64,000 nt of DNA from Gammaproteobacteria bacterium (GCA_050118435.1 JASFKW010000003.1:5889-69888); one strand, 5' to 3'. Counted from the stretch's first letter, positions 29,280 to 46,200 are shown. The notes: generated by a model not told the origin, from the letters alone. A program made the numbers and translations.

Positions 29280-29711
29280 TCAGCCGCCGTGCTCGGCCTT
29301 TTCGCGTATTTTCTTGAGGGTGCGCAGCTGAGCCACCGCCTCGGCCAGCTCGGCCTCCGCACGTGCAAAGTCGAAATCGGTCTTCTTGTCGGCCATGGCC
29401 TTTTCCGCCCGCTCCTTGGCTCTCAAGGCCGCTGCCTCGTCGATGTCCTTGGCGCGCAGAGCCACGTCCGCGAGCACGGTCACCACGTGAGGCTGGACCT
29501 CGAGCATGCCGCCGGAGACATAGAAGAACTGCTCTTCCCGCCCTTCGACCTGCACCCGCACCTCGCCGGGTCTCAGGCGCGTCAGCAGGGGAGTGTGACG
29601 CGGCGCTATACCCACCTCGCCCATCTCCGCCGGCGCGAAAACCATGTTGGCGGTGCCGGAAAAGATCTCGGATTCGGCGCTGACGATATCGACGTGAAGG
29701 GTCATTGCCAT
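29280..29711 (-). CDS. atpC: ATP synthase F1 epsilon subunit
   Basis: In-frame ATG 29711 ([19 protein letters not shown]). Last gene of the atp operon. Confidence 0.9.
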   Translation of the reverse strand: MAMTLHVDIVSAESEIFSGTANMVFAPAEMGEVGIAPRHTPLLTRLRPGEVRVQVEGREEQFFYVSGGMLEVQPHVVTVLADVALRAKDIDEAAALRAKERAEKAMADKKTDFDFARAEAELAEAVAQLRTLKKIREKAEHGG

Positions 29712-29739
29712 AGTATAGCCCTCGCTCCAGCTATCGATT

Positions 29740-31230
<1,491 letters not shown>

Positions 31231-32094
31231 CTATACCGCGGCTGCGCCGCCCACGATCTCCGAAAGCTCCTGGGTGATCGCCGCCTGGCGCGCCTTGTTG
31301 TAGGCCAGCTGGAGCTCGTCGATCAAGTTGCCCGCATTGTCCGATGCCGCCTTCATGGCAACCATTCGCGCGGCCATCTCGCAGGCAACGTTCTCGACCA
31401 GACCCTGATAGACGAGCGATTCGACATAGCGCATGAGCAGGGCATCCATGACGTCCTTGGCGTCGGGCTCGTAGATATAGTCCCAGTGGTGCCTGAGCGC
31501 CTCGTCCTTCTCGTCGCCGACGATCGGCAGCAGCTGCTCGATCACCGGCGTCTGGGTCATGGTGTTGACGAACTGGTTGTAGCCCAGATACAGGCGGTCT
31601 ATCTGACCCTCGTCATACGCGTCCAGCATCACCTTCACCGAGCCGATCAGCTCCTCGACGCGGGGCGTGTCACCCAGATGAGAGTTCTGCGATATGACGT
31701 TACCGCCCAGGCGCTTGAAAAAGCCCATCGCCTTGGCACCGATGACCGCAAGATCGATTTCCAGCTGCTGGGCCTGCCAGTCACGCATGGCCTTGACCGC
31801 CGACTTGAACAGGTTGATGTTCAGCCCCCCGCACAGCCCCCGGTCGGTGGAGATGACAATCAGACCGACGCGCTTTGCCTCCCGCTCCATGAGATAGGGG
31901 TGCTTGTACTCGGGGTGCGCCTTGCCCATGTGAGCCACCACGTTACGCATCTTTTCCGCGTAAGGCCGCGAGGTGTGCATGCGGTCCTGCGCTTTGCGCA
32001 TCTTGCTCGCCGCCACCATTTCCATGGCCTTGGTGATTTTCTGCGTGTTCTTGATGCTCTTGATCTGGGTGCGGATTTCTTTAGCGCCAGCCAT
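31231..32094 (-). CDS. atpG: ATP synthase F1 gamma subunit
   Basis: N-terminus [36 protein letters not shown]. Confidence 0.95.
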   Translation of the reverse strand: MAGAKEIRTQIKSIKNTQKITKAMEMVAASKMRKAQDRMHTSRPYAEKMRNVVAHMGKAHPEYKHPYLMEREAKRVGLIVISTDRGLCGGLNINLFKSAVKAMRDWQAQQLEIDLAVIGAKAMGFFKRLGGNVISQNSHLGDTPRVEELIGSVKVMLDAYDEGQIDRLYLGYNQFVNTMTQTPVIEQLLPIVGDEKDEALRHHWDYIYEPDAKDVMDALLMRYVESLVYQGLVENVACEMAARMVAMKAASDNAGNLIDELQLAYNKARQAAITQELSEIVGGAAAV

Positions 32095-32199
32095 CTGAGT
32101 CGTCCTGATCCTGTGTCGGTTAAGCTTGTCGGTCGCCTGCCGGGCGCGTGGCGGGAACCCGGCCCGCGACGCCCATCGGCCGGCCCGTGTCAGCCCGCA

Positions 32200-33741
<1,542 letters not shown>

Positions 33742-33756
33742 TGCTTGCGTCCTCTT

Positions 33757-34335
33757 CTAGTGAATCAAGGCGCTGGAGAGCTGGCGCAGGTGCTCCACGG
33801 CCGACCCGTCGATGACCAGGTCGCCCGCGCGGATAATTGCGCCACCCAGCAGGTCTTGGTTCACGGAACAATTCAGTTGCACCTCGCGGCCCAGGCGCGC
33901 CTTGAGCGCCGTGGCGATGGCGGTCTTCTGTGCCTCATCGAGCGGAAAGGCCGAAACGACGTCCGCTTCGATGGTGCCCACGGCCGCATCGCGCAGCTGG
34001 CTGTAGAGCGCCGCGATCATGGGCAGCTGGGCGAGACGGCTGTTTTCCGCCAGGATGCGCACCAGGTTGATGCCGCTTTCGCCGACGCCTTCGCCGCCGC
34101 CGCAGGCGCGTATCACCAGCTCGCCGGCACCGCTGCGGGTCAGGCGCGGATTGGCGAGCGCCGATTTCATCGTGGGGTCGTTGACCACGGCCGCCATCAT
34201 CGTCAGACGCTCTGACCAGTCCTGGAATCGGCCCTCACTTTTTGCCAGCTCGAACACGGCTCGCGCGTAGGGCCGCGCCAGCGCCGCATCGCCTTCCAGC
34301 TTCTCCAGGTCTTGAGCCGTCGTCTCTTCTGCCAT
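33757..34335 (-). CDS. atpH: ATP synthase F1 delta subunit
   Basis: Position between atpF and atpA. ARPYARAVFELA N-terminal motif. Confidence 0.85.
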   Translation of the reverse strand: MAEETTAQDLEKLEGDAALARPYARAVFELAKSEGRFQDWSERLTMMAAVVNDPTMKSALANPRLTRSGAGELVIRACGGGEGVGESGINLVRILAENSRLAQLPMIAALYSQLRDAAVGTIEADVVSAFPLDEAQKTAIATALKARLGREVQLNCSVNQDLLGGAIIRAGDLVIDGSAVEHLRQLSSALIH

Positions 34336-34344
34336 GAGGAATAC

Positions 34345-34815
34345 CTAGATCCGGGCGACCAGATCTTTGATCAGGGCGTCGTTTGCCGTCTTGTCCAGCT
34401 CGCGCTTGAGGATGCGGCCCGCGCCCGCCGTGGCGATTTCCACCACCTGGCCCCGCAGCACTTCCTTGGCGCGATTGACCTCCTGCTCAATCTCGGCCTG
34501 GGCGGCGACCTTGAGGCGCTCGCCCTCCACACGCGCTTCGTTCTTGGCCTCTTCGATGATTTCGGCGCCCCGTTTCTCGGCCCGGTTGATGATCTCCGCA
34601 GCCTGCTGCTTTGCCTCGTGCAGCTTCTGGGTAGCCTTCTTCTGCGCCAGCTCCTGCTCGTGCTTGCCGCGATCGGCCGCCGCCAGGCCTTCCGCGATTC
34701 TCTCCTTGCGGTGGGCAAGCGCCGTCATGATCGGTGGCCATACAAACCGCATGCAGAACCACACGAACACGACAAAGGTGATGCTCTGTCCGATCAGTGT
34801 CGCGTTGAAATTCAT
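34345..34815 (-). CDS. atpF: ATP synthase F0 b subunit
   Basis: 156 aa. N-terminal TM segment, then a long charged helix. Confidence 0.9.
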   Translation of the reverse strand: MNFNATLIGQSITFVVFVWFCMRFVWPPIMTALAHRKERIAEGLAAADRGKHEQELAQKKATQKLHEAKQQAAEIINRAEKRGAEIIEEAKNEARVEGERLKVAAQAEIEQEVNRAKEVLRGQVVEIATAGAGRILKRELDKTANDALIKDLVARI

Positions 34816-34865
34816 GTTTGCACCCCGTGCCGGTCAATGGATAAGAGCGGGCTGTTACGCGCGGC

Positions 34866-35111
<246 letters not shown>

Positions 35112-35149
35112 CTAAGAAATGTGCAGGTTCGATAAATAAAACGGATCGA

Positions 35150-36389
<1,240 letters not shown>

Positions 36390-36511
36390 CCAGGGCCCGG
36401 GGCGCTGTCCAAGATCACCGGCTTTGCCGATGAAGAGCGGCGGCGATTATAAGGAGCGCGGATGGGCGGGGTCAACACGCCGCGGGGCCTTTGTCGGTAT
36501 TTTGGCCGGCC

Positions 36512-37432
36512 TCAACGGATATGCTCGAGGATTCCGTCGAGCTCGTCCAGACTGCTGTAGCTGATGATCAGCTTGCCCTTGCCCTTCTGGTTGTGCTGGA
36601 CCTGAACCGGGGCTCCCAGGCGATCCGACAGGCCCTGTTCCAGGTGTACGAGATCGGGATCACGCCGGGCAGGGGCCGCCTCCCGGTCGGGCTCGGTGGC
36701 GTCGGTCAGCAGCTTCTTGACCAGCCGCTCGGTGGCGCGCACCGACAGGCCGTGGCTGACCACCTGGTGCGCCGCTTCCGCCTGAACGCGCCCCTCGAGC
36801 GCGAGCAGGGCGCGCGCGTGGCCCATCTCGAGCTCACCGCGCTGGACCATCGCCTTAACTGCCTCACCGAGGTCCAGCAGCCGCAGGATATTGGTGACCG
36901 CGGTCCGCGAGCGACCCACCGCCTCCGCCGCCTGCTGGTGGGTCATGTCGAATTCCTCGATGAGGCGTTCCAGGGCCCGGGCCTCCTCCAGGGGGTTGAG
37001 ATTTTCGCGCTGAATGTTTTCGATCAGCGCCACCGCAATGGCCGCGCGGTCGTCCATGTCGCGGACCACGACCGGGACTTCCTGCAGGCCGGCGAGCTGG
37101 GCCGCCCGCCAGCGGCGCTCGCCGGCGATGATCTCGTAGCGGCCGTCGCCGACGCTGCGCACCACGATGGGCTGGACCACCCCCTGGGAGCGGATCGAAT
37201 CGGCCAGGTCCTCGAGGCTTTCGTTGTGCATGTCGACCCGCGGCTGGTATTTGCCGCGCTGCAGCAGCTCTACGCCCAGCGTCCGCAGCCTTTCAGCTTC
37301 CGCTTCCTCCGTCTCGACGCCGGCCGGGGTCGGGTGCGCGTCCGTGACAGGCGGTTTATCCTCCGGCGGACGTGCCGTCGGTCCCAGCAGGGCGTCGAGC
37401 CCACGGCCAAGTCCTCGTTTTTTTGCAACCAT
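36512..37432 (-). CDS. parB: chromosome partitioning protein ParB
   Basis: Motifs GLGRGLDALL, IIAGERRWRAA, and an HTH region MTHQQAAEAVGRSRTAVTNILRLL. Confidence 0.9.
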   Translation of the reverse strand: MVAKKRGLGRGLDALLGPTARPPEDKPPVTDAHPTPAGVETEEAEAERLRTLGVELLQRGKYQPRVDMHNESLEDLADSIRSQGVVQPIVVRSVGDGRYEIIAGERRWRAAQLAGLQEVPVVVRDMDDRAAIAVALIENIQRENLNPLEEARALERLIEEFDMTHQQAAEAVGRSRTAVTNILRLLDLGEAVKAMVQRGELEMGHARALLALEGRVQAEAAHQVVSHGLSVRATERLVKKLLTDATEPDREAAPARRDPDLVHLEQGLSDRLGAPVQVQHNQKGKGKLIISYSSLDELDGILEHIR

Positions 37433-37538
37433 GATAATGATCGAATCCCTGTTCAGACCTGAGCATTAACCCAAAGACAGCCGCGCCAGGAGCGGCCGAA
37501 GCACCTTCGATCCCGGGTCTCGGGCGGCACACCGACCC

Positions 37539-38405
37539 TCACTCGACGCGCAGCGGCTGGTCCGATTCACTGCTGCCGAGGGCGTCGTGCTCGGCCTCCG
37601 CGTCGCCGGTCTCGTCGTCCGGTGCCAGCTCGCCGCGCCGCTCCTCCTCGCGCCGCACCAGCTCACCGGCCAGCGCCAGGTAGGCGATGGCCCCGCGCGA
37701 CGCCTGGTCGTATTGGATCACCGGTGCACCGTGGCTCGGCGCCTCGGCGAGGCGCACGTTGCGCGGGATGATGGTGCGATAGACCTTGTCACCGAAGTGC
37801 TCGAGCAGCTGCTCGGAGACCTGGTTCGCCAGGTTGTTGCGCGCATCGAACATGGTGCGCAGCAGCCCTTCGATCTCCAGACCGGGGTTGACCGCATCGC
37901 GAATCTGCTCCACCGTCTCCAGCAGGGCGCTCAGTCCTTCCAGCGCATAGTATTCGCACTGAATGGGAATAAACACGGCGTCGGCCGCCGTCAGCGCATT
38001 GAGGGTGAGCATGTTCAGCGACGGAGGGCAATCGATGAGGATGTAGTCGTAGCTGCCGACCAGCGCCCCCAGGCGGCCACGCAGACGGCTTTCTCGATCC
38101 TCTCTCTGAATCAGCTGCACTTCGGCAGCCGTCAGGTCGCCGTTGGCGGGAACCAGGTCATAACCGGCTGCGCCGGCATCGACGACGATCTGTTCCACCG
38201 GCGTGTCTTCCAACAGCAGGTTGTAGCCGCTCACCTCCAGCTGATGCTTGTCGACCCCGCTGCCCATCGTGGCATTGCCCTGGGGATCGAGGTCGACCAG
38301 GAGCACCGTGCGGCGCGTGGCCGACAGCGAGGCCGCCAGATTGACGCAGGTGGTGGTCTTGCCCACGCCGCCTTTCTGATTGGTGATGGCAATAATTCGG
38401 CTCAT
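37539..38405 (-). CDS. parA: chromosome partitioning ATPase ParA (Soj)
   Basis: Trimmed to ATG 38405 (MSRIIAITNQKGGVGKTTT, deviant Walker A). Acidic C-terminal tail. Confidence 0.9.
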   Translation of the reverse strand: MSRIIAITNQKGGVGKTTTCVNLAASLSATRRTVLLVDLDPQGNATMGSGVDKHQLEVSGYNLLLEDTPVEQIVVDAGAAGYDLVPANGDLTAAEVQLIQREDRESRLRGRLGALVGSYDYILIDCPPSLNMLTLNALTAADAVFIPIQCEYYALEGLSALLETVEQIRDAVNPGLEIEGLLRTMFDARNNLANQVSEQLLEHFGDKVYRTIIPRNVRLAEAPSHGAPVIQYDQASRGAIAYLALAGELVRREEERRGELAPDDETGDAEAEHDALGSSESDQPLRVE

Positions 38406-38409
38406 ATAT

Positions 38410-39086
38410 TTAAGAATCCCGCTCTCGCTGCTGTTGCTCAAACCACACCAGATGCCGCGCGACATCCAGCCCCGGCACCTTCAGAAGCGTCACGTGCGGT
38501 TGCACCGCGGCGTCGAAGGCGTCGAGCTCCCCCTGTGGACAGGCTCCCTTCATGAACAGAAAGCGCCCCCCCGGCCGCACGAGATGGCTGGTGCTGTGGT
38601 ACAGGTCGCCGAGACTCGCGACCGCCCGGCTGATGACCATATCAAATGCGGGCTCCGGCCGGTACTGTTCCATGCGCTCGTTCACCACCTCGACGTTGTT
38701 GAGACCCAGCTCCACGACCGCCTGTCGCACGAAGCGCAGCTTCTTGGCCCTGGAGTCGAGCAGTGTCACGCTGAGCTCGGGCCGGGCCATCGCGATCGGC
38801 ACACCCGGCAGACCGGCGCCGGTGCCGGCGTCCAGCAGACGCCCGCGGCTCAGGTAGGGGAGCACCGCGAGGCTGTCGAGGACATGACGCGCCACCATGG
38901 CGCGGGGATCGCGCACGGCGGTCAGGTTGTACACCCGGTTCCACTTTGCGAGCAGCACGATGAAACTCGCCAGCCTGTCGGCGAGGGCCGGGTCGGCTGA
39001 GACACCCAGAGCCGCACAGCCGCGCTCGATGTCCGCCGTCAGTGCGCTCGCAATCGCAGGATCGGGCACCTGCCGGTTGGGTCGTG

Positions 39087-39090
<4 letters not shown>
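38410..39090 (-). CDS. rsmG: 16S rRNA (guanine527-N7)-methyltransferase RsmG (GidB)
   Basis: GTG start overlapping the mnmG stop (GTGA). SAM motif [12 protein letters not shown]. Confidence 0.85.
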
Positions 39091-40976
<1,886 letters not shown>

Positions 40977-41247
40977 GGTAGTCAACCGGCAACAGTGGGG
41001 GCGAATGATACCTTAAATGAGGGCGCGGCGTGCTCCGCGGCGCCGGAGAGCCGGCCCTGAGACCCTTTTCGTGTTTCCGGGGCCTGCTCTGAAATTGGAG
41101 CAGGCATCAATCCCGCGATGAGGTCCGGTTGTCCATGTATCCGATCGGCTCGACCGCCGATCGCACAAACCCTGTTCCCGATCTCCCTCGAATCGGAAAA
41201 TCATGATCACTGTAAATTTAGCATCTCATATAGATTTATATGACTAC

Positions 41248-42297
41248 CTAGAAAATGAAATTTTCATGTATCTTTTCCAAGGCATATAAGAGCCGGGGTG
41301 CGACCGCCGACACACTGTAGCACTGTCTGACACGATCGAATGCGGCCGTGCGCAGCCCTTCGGCGAGCGCCGGATCGCCGAGCAGCCGGGCCATCTGGTG
41401 CGCCAGCGAGCAGGCGTCACCGGTCTCGGCGAACAGGGCTTCGCGGTCAGGCTCAAACATGGCCCGATGACCGCTGGCCGCAGACAGCACCAGCGGCACA
41501 CCAGCTGCAGCACCCTGCAGCGGCGTCAGTCCAAAGGCGTCCGAGCGTGCCGGGACGCAGAGCAGGTCGACCTGCGACAGAAATGCCATGGGCTCGTCCA
41601 CCCAGCCCGGGAAGCGCAGCTGCTGTTGCAGGCCGAGCTCGGCGGCCAGACGCTCCAGTCTTTGCGCTTCGGGGCCGGCGCCGCCCAGCACGGCGGTGAA
41701 CGCCACCCCCTGCTGACGCAACTGACCCAGGGCGCGGACGAACAGATCCAGGCCCTTGACCCGGTCGAAGCGACCCAGGGCAGCGATGCGGGGAGGCCGG
41801 CGCAGCGGGCGGTCGGGCAGCCCTTCACCCGGCTCGAGCGGAATCATGTTCGGAATCACGAAGCAGGGCTTGGCCGGCCGGCCGCGGGCGCGCTCGCTCA
41901 GCAGGCGGTCCCGGATGTAGCCGGTGAGCGCCAGATAGCCGTCCGCCGGCAACAGACGCCGCACCTTGTTGCTGTGGCTCACCGCCACCACCGGTGCCGC
42001 GCCGCACAGCGCCCGCTTCAACAGGGCCACCGAGCGGCTGCAGTGGACGATGGCGAGGTCGGGGGCGAAGCCCCGCAGCCGCCGGCGGGCGACCCAGGCC
42101 GCGGGAAAGTCGTAGTGCCCGCGATTGCGGATGAGCACCACCGGCAGGCCGGCCGGCACAGCGCTCAGGTCCCGCTGTTTCCGTCCCACCAGCAGCGCGA
42201 CCTCATGGCCGTGGGCGGCCAGCACACGACTGTAATCGCACACGACCCGCCAGCGCCCGCCGGTCGCGTCACCCAGGATGCTGTTCAGGATGCGCAT
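41248..42297 (-). CDS. glycosyltransferase, family 1/4 (GT-B fold)
   Basis: Trimmed to ATG 42297 (MRILNSILGDATGG). C-terminal sugar-donor block PARSDAFGLTPLQGAAAGVPLVLSAASG. The 3' end is unusually AT-rich. Confidence 0.75.
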   Translation of the reverse strand: MRILNSILGDATGGRWRVVCDYSRVLAAHGHEVALLVGRKQRDLSAVPAGLPVVLIRNRGHYDFPAAWVARRRLRGFAPDLAIVHCSRSVALLKRALCGAAPVVAVSHSNKVRRLLPADGYLALTGYIRDRLLSERARGRPAKPCFVIPNMIPLEPGEGLPDRPLRRPPRIAALGRFDRVKGLDLFVRALGQLRQQGVAFTAVLGGAGPEAQRLERLAAELGLQQQLRFPGWVDEPMAFLSQVDLLCVPARSDAFGLTPLQGAAAGVPLVLSAASGHRAMFEPDREALFAETGDACSLAHQMARLLGDPALAEGLRTAAFDRVRQCYSVSAVAPRLLYALEKIHENFIF

Positions 42298-42535
42298 GGG
42301 ACGAGTCCGGGTACCACGCTCGAAGGCGGCTGTGATTCCCGTGCGTGGAAATTCGACGAAAACCGGACGCCGGCGCGCAGAAAACCTCCCGGCGAGGAAA
42401 TAACCTGCAGCGGCAGGGCATCCCCCCCGCGCCGTGGAAGAAATGGACGCCTTGACGCCGGGACGGGCGAAGCGCCGCATCGCCGAGTCTCCTGTCCGGT
42501 ATTACCGCGTGGCGCCGGCCTGGCGGGGTGATTGC

Positions 42536-42697
42536 TCAAAGCGCAGGCTCGATGTTCTGATTCAGCCGGAACAGGTTGCGAGGGTCGCGCGCATTTTTCA
42601 GGGCAACAGGCCGCTCGTGGTCTTCGCGATAGGCGGACACCGCTCGTACGCTTCCTTCGTCGCCGAGAAAGTGCTCCGGCTTCCGCCTCAGTGTTTC
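42536..42697 (-). pseudogene. decayed C-terminal fragment of an FAD-linked oxidase (BBE-type C-terminus)
   Basis: 53 codons between two stops read ETLRRKPEHFLGDEGSVRAVSAYREDHERPVALKNARDPRNLFRLNQNIEPAL. This resembles the berberine-bridge-type tail (aYG.NY.RL..lK..yDP.NlFR.NQNI.P). No intact upstream frame. Confidence 0.45.
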
Positions 42698-42954
42698 TTA
42701 AACGCCGTACGTTCACAAAGCCCCATGTGTGTCGACGGGTGACGGCCGCAGGGAGGCAGGCCGTCAGCCTGCAGGGATGTATCCACGGCGGCCGTTCGAG
42801 AGACATGGGGCCTTGTCAATGCAGCCTTGAGATGTGTATCTGGATGCGGGCGCACAGTCCTGCAACAGAGGAAATGATAAGCGACTTCGCGCTGCAGAAG
42901 CTACGGACAGACCGGCTGCGGCCGGCGTCCGGTCACGGAATTCAAGGCCGCAGC

Positions 42955-44259
42955 CTACTGAAGCGCAATCTGCTCGCTGAATGTCGCATACTGGATCGGC
43001 GTCGCGTTCTCATATCCGATCCGCTCGCGACGGTTCTCGTCCAGCAGGTGATACCTGATTTCCACCTCCACTTTCATGGCGTCACTGTCCGCAGGCACCT
43101 CCAGTCGATAGTGGCGCGGCTGCCAGCGTACCAGTCGATTGTCCCACAGGTCGATGATGAACGGTCGCCACATGACGGTGCGACTGATGGTGTGACGCTG
43201 CTCGTCCAGTATATCTCCCTGATCATCGAGGCTGCGCAGGTGCACGGTCAGATGCCGATCCGGCGTGCCGGTGGGGACATAATGGGCCGCACCGGTATTC
43301 GTCAGTGTCAGCTGAAAGACCCGTCCGTCGCGGTCCGACTGTCGCGCCTCTGCAAACTCAATCGTCAGGGCGCTTCTCACCATCTCCGGATCGTGGCCAC
43401 CCCGCCAGAGATGCTGTCGCGTTTTGCGTGGCACGCCGCCTGCGACGAGCGCTCGTTCGACCATAGGCATGTGACACTGAACGCAGCCCAGTGTCTCCGG
43501 GTCCTGTGCCGTGATCTCACCCGACTCACCGCGGCGTTTGACTGGCTCATCGGTGGCATCTTCGTCATCGCCACGCGCGGTTTCCGTGGGCATCGCCGGC
43601 CCGTCTCGATCGCGCCTTTTGACACTGGCCGCACGGCTGCTTTCGATCTCAGCCACCGTCCCGCAGGGCGGAAAACGGAAGAAGGTATCCCAGCGCTCCC
43701 CCTGCACGACATGACAGCGCATGCAGATCTCGTTCGGGTCCTCCAGTGTCTTCACCGGGTGAGGAGCCCGGGCGGTGCCGAGCACGCCGATGATTTTGCC
43801 CTCGCGATAGTGGCAGGCAGCGCAGGTGACCCCTTCGTGCTGAAGTCCGGGATCGAAGTCCGGATTGTCCGCCAGAATCGGGTCCCATTTGTCCTTGTCG
43901 CGGTAGCCCAGCACCTTTTGAGGCTGCTGGCGATCGAGCGGTGTGTGACAGAGTCTGCAGATGTGCTGGGCGCCCTCGAACTTCCAGTCGGTCTGAAAAT
44001 AGGGATCGGTCCAGGCCCGACTGTGGATCGTGGTACGCCATTCATCGTAGAACGCTTTGTGGCAGCCGCCACAGGCGCTCGCACTGAGCTCGACCGATAC
44101 GGCCGATGCCTGGGCGGTATCGATCGGCCAGGCAAACCGGTCTTCGACCACGAAGATGTTCATGGGGCGGATGAAGCGCCAGACAAGGAAGAGGGCGAGG
44201 CCCGCCAGCAGCAGAATGATCAGGGTCCGGCGGTTCCTTCCGAGCCTTGCAAAGCGCAT
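42955..44259 (-). CDS. membrane-anchored pentaheme c-type cytochrome
   Basis: Five CxxCH motifs (CGGCH, CRLCH, CAACH, CMRCH, CVQCH). N-terminal TM segment LIILLLAGLALFLVW. ATG 44259, or GTG 44271 as in the track. Confidence 0.8.
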   Translation of the reverse strand: MRFARLGRNRRTLIILLLAGLALFLVWRFIRPMNIFVVEDRFAWPIDTAQASAVSVELSASACGGCHKAFYDEWRTTIHSRAWTDPYFQTDWKFEGAQHICRLCHTPLDRQQPQKVLGYRDKDKWDPILADNPDFDPGLQHEGVTCAACHYREGKIIGVLGTARAPHPVKTLEDPNEICMRCHVVQGERWDTFFRFPPCGTVAEIESSRAASVKRRDRDGPAMPTETARGDDEDATDEPVKRRGESGEITAQDPETLGCVQCHMPMVERALVAGGVPRKTRQHLWRGGHDPEMVRSALTIEFAEARQSDRDGRVFQLTLTNTGAAHYVPTGTPDRHLTVHLRSLDDQGDILDEQRHTISRTVMWRPFIIDLWDNRLVRWQPRHYRLEVPADSDAMKVEVEIRYHLLDENRRERIGYENATPIQYATFSEQIALQ

Positions 44260-44284
44260 TGCCGATTGCACACCGCCACGTCCG

Positions 44285-45253
44285 CTAGCGCACGACCGGC
44301 AGACCCGCCTCCAGCCACTTCGTCATGCCGCCGCGCACCACATGTACGTCGCCGAAGCCCTGCTCCGTCAGCAGCCGCGCCGCCTTTGCGGAGCGCTTGT
44401 CGGTCCGGCACACGATGGCGATCGGGCGCTCCAGGGAATCGCCCAGCTCATCAATGCGCTGCCGCAGTGCCTCCAACGGAATGTTCACGGCGCCCTCGAT
44501 GTGCCCCTGCCCGCCGACGAAGTCCTCGGCCGTGCGTACGTCCAGCACCAGCAGGTTCCCGTCGCTGTCGTACCGCCGTCTGAATTCGTCTGTGCCCATC
44601 ACCGGGCCACGACGCAGGGTGCCGATCAGCCGCGGCAGAAAGGCCACCAGGGCCAGCAGCCCCAGGGCCAGCAGGCCTTTGCGAATCATGCCCTCGCCAC
44701 CGGCGACGGCTTCGCGTCCCGCGTAGCCCAGGTAGGTGTATGCGACCGCGCCCGGCAACATGAACACATAGGTTGCGATCAGATAGGGAATCAGGCGCAG
44801 GCGCGTCAGGCCGAGCGCATAGTTCAGAAGATTGAAGGGAAACAGCGGGACCAGACGCACGAAGGCGACGAAGCGCCAGCCTTCCGCCTCCACACCCTTG
44901 ACCAGCTGCCTGACCCGACCGCCGGCCTTTTCGGCGACCCAGTCGGAGGCAAGGTATCGCGCAATGAGAAAGGCCAGGGCGGCGCCCAGGGTGGCGCCGG
45001 TCAGGTTATAAAAGGTTCCCAGTAAGGGCCCGAACAGCGCGCCCCCGGCCAGGGTGAGCACCGAGCCCGGAAGAAACAGCACCGCGGCGGCAGCATAGAT
45101 CAGCATGAACACCAGGGGCGCCGCCGGCCCAGCGTCGTGCACCCACGCCTCGAGCGCCGCGGCGTCGAACCGGTCCCGGTAGACGACGGCCAGCGCGACG
45201 GCGACCAGCAGCCCGAGGAGCAGGGCGATGCGCAAGACCCGCCTGCTATTCAT
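44285..45253 (-). CDS. TVP38/TMEM64 (DedA-related VTT domain) membrane protein fused to a C-terminal rhodanese domain
   Basis: ATG 45253 (MNSRRVLRIALLLGLLVAV). VTT block FLPGSVLTLAGGALFGPLLGTFYNLTGATLGA. Rhodanese part VLDVRTAEDF...IVCRTDKRSAKAA with the active-site Cys loop. Confidence 0.75.
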   Translation of the reverse strand: MNSRRVLRIALLLGLLVAVALAVVYRDRFDAAALEAWVHDAGPAAPLVFMLIYAAAAVLFLPGSVLTLAGGALFGPLLGTFYNLTGATLGAALAFLIARYLASDWVAEKAGGRVRQLVKGVEAEGWRFVAFVRLVPLFPFNLLNYALGLTRLRLIPYLIATYVFMLPGAVAYTYLGYAGREAVAGGEGMIRKGLLALGLLALVAFLPRLIGTLRRGPVMGTDEFRRRYDSDGNLLVLDVRTAEDFVGGQGHIEGAVNIPLEALRQRIDELGDSLERPIAIVCRTDKRSAKAARLLTEQGFGDVHVVRGGMTKWLEAGLPVVR

Positions 45254-46100
45254 GCCCGGCGACCCACCGACGGCGGTTGATGGCATAGTCCTGCACCCGG
45301 CCGACAAAGGGAATGGCGAGCACGCCCGGCAACCAGCTGCACCAGTTGCTCGCGCGGAAGGTACGGATGCCGATGGTCATCGCCTGGTGTCCGGCGCACG
45401 GCTGCGCGCGGTAAGTGCCGAGCAGATAGTCCCACCAGGGCAGGTTGAACCCGAAGTTGCTGTTGGTCTCGTCGTCTTCGACGGAATGGTGCACCCGGTG
45501 CATGTCCGGCGTGACGACCACAAGCCGGAGAAAGCGGTCCAGGCCCTCGGGGAGCCGCACATTGCCGTGGTTGAACATCGACGTGGCGTTCAGAATCACC
45601 TCGAACAGGAAAACGGCCACCACAGGCGGTCCGAGTAATACGATCACGGCAAACTTGATCAGCATCGACAGAATGATCTCGAGAGGATGAAACCGCGTGC
45701 CGGTGGTGACATCGAAATCGAGGTCCGCGTGATGTACCCTGTGCAGCCGCCACAGGGCCGGGATCGCATGCACCATCACGTGCTGCAGCCAGATGAAGAA
45801 GTCCATGACGACCAGGGATGCTGCGACGGCTAGCCAGAACGGAGCCTCAAAATAATTGAACAGACCCCAACCCTGCTCGCCGGCGAACACCGCCATACCG
45901 ACCGCCGCCGCCGGGAACAACAACCGCAGGAGGACCGTATTCAATGCTACCAGCCCGAGATTGTTCCCCCAGCGTACGGCCTTGGACACGGTTAACGCCC
46001 GGCGCGGGGCGAGCAGCTCCCATATCGCCATCAGGACGAAAATGCCGAGAAAGAAACCGAGGCGGATGGCGGCCTCATGCGCCTGCACAAAGGTATCCAA
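45246..46100 (-). CDS. fatty acid hydroxylase / sterol desaturase superfamily membrane di-iron enzyme
   Basis: His boxes HVMVH, HRVHH and a second HRVHH. Four or more TM segments. Apparent TTG start at 46100. Confidence 0.75.
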   Translation of the reverse strand: MDTFVQAHEAAIRLGFFLGIFVLMAIWELLAPRRALTVSKAVRWGNNLGLVALNTVLLRLLFPAAAVGMAVFAGEQGWGLFNYFEAPFWLAVAASLVVMDFFIWLQHVMVHAIPALWRLHRVHHADLDFDVTTGTRFHPLEIILSMLIKFAVIVLLGPPVVAVFLFEVILNATSMFNHGNVRLPEGLDRFLRLVVVTPDMHRVHHSVEDDETNSNFGFNLPWWDYLLGTYRAQPCAGHQAMTIGIRTFRASNWCSWLPGVLAIPFVGRVQDYAINRRRWVAGHE

Positions 46101-46180
46101 CGAGCTGCTCCTCTCCGGGCCCGGCAGACTCCCCGCCGCCCCCGGCAGCAGGGTTATATTGGACCCCGCTAAGCTGTATC

Positions 46181-46200
46181 ATTCAACCGAAAGGTTGAAT
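46181..46200. promoter_or_regulatory. candidate ArsR-family operator (8-4-8 perfect palindrome)
   Basis: ATTCAACC-gaaa-GGTTGAAT, 22 nt upstream of the ArsR-rhodanese ATG, in the divergent promoter region. Confidence 0.45.
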
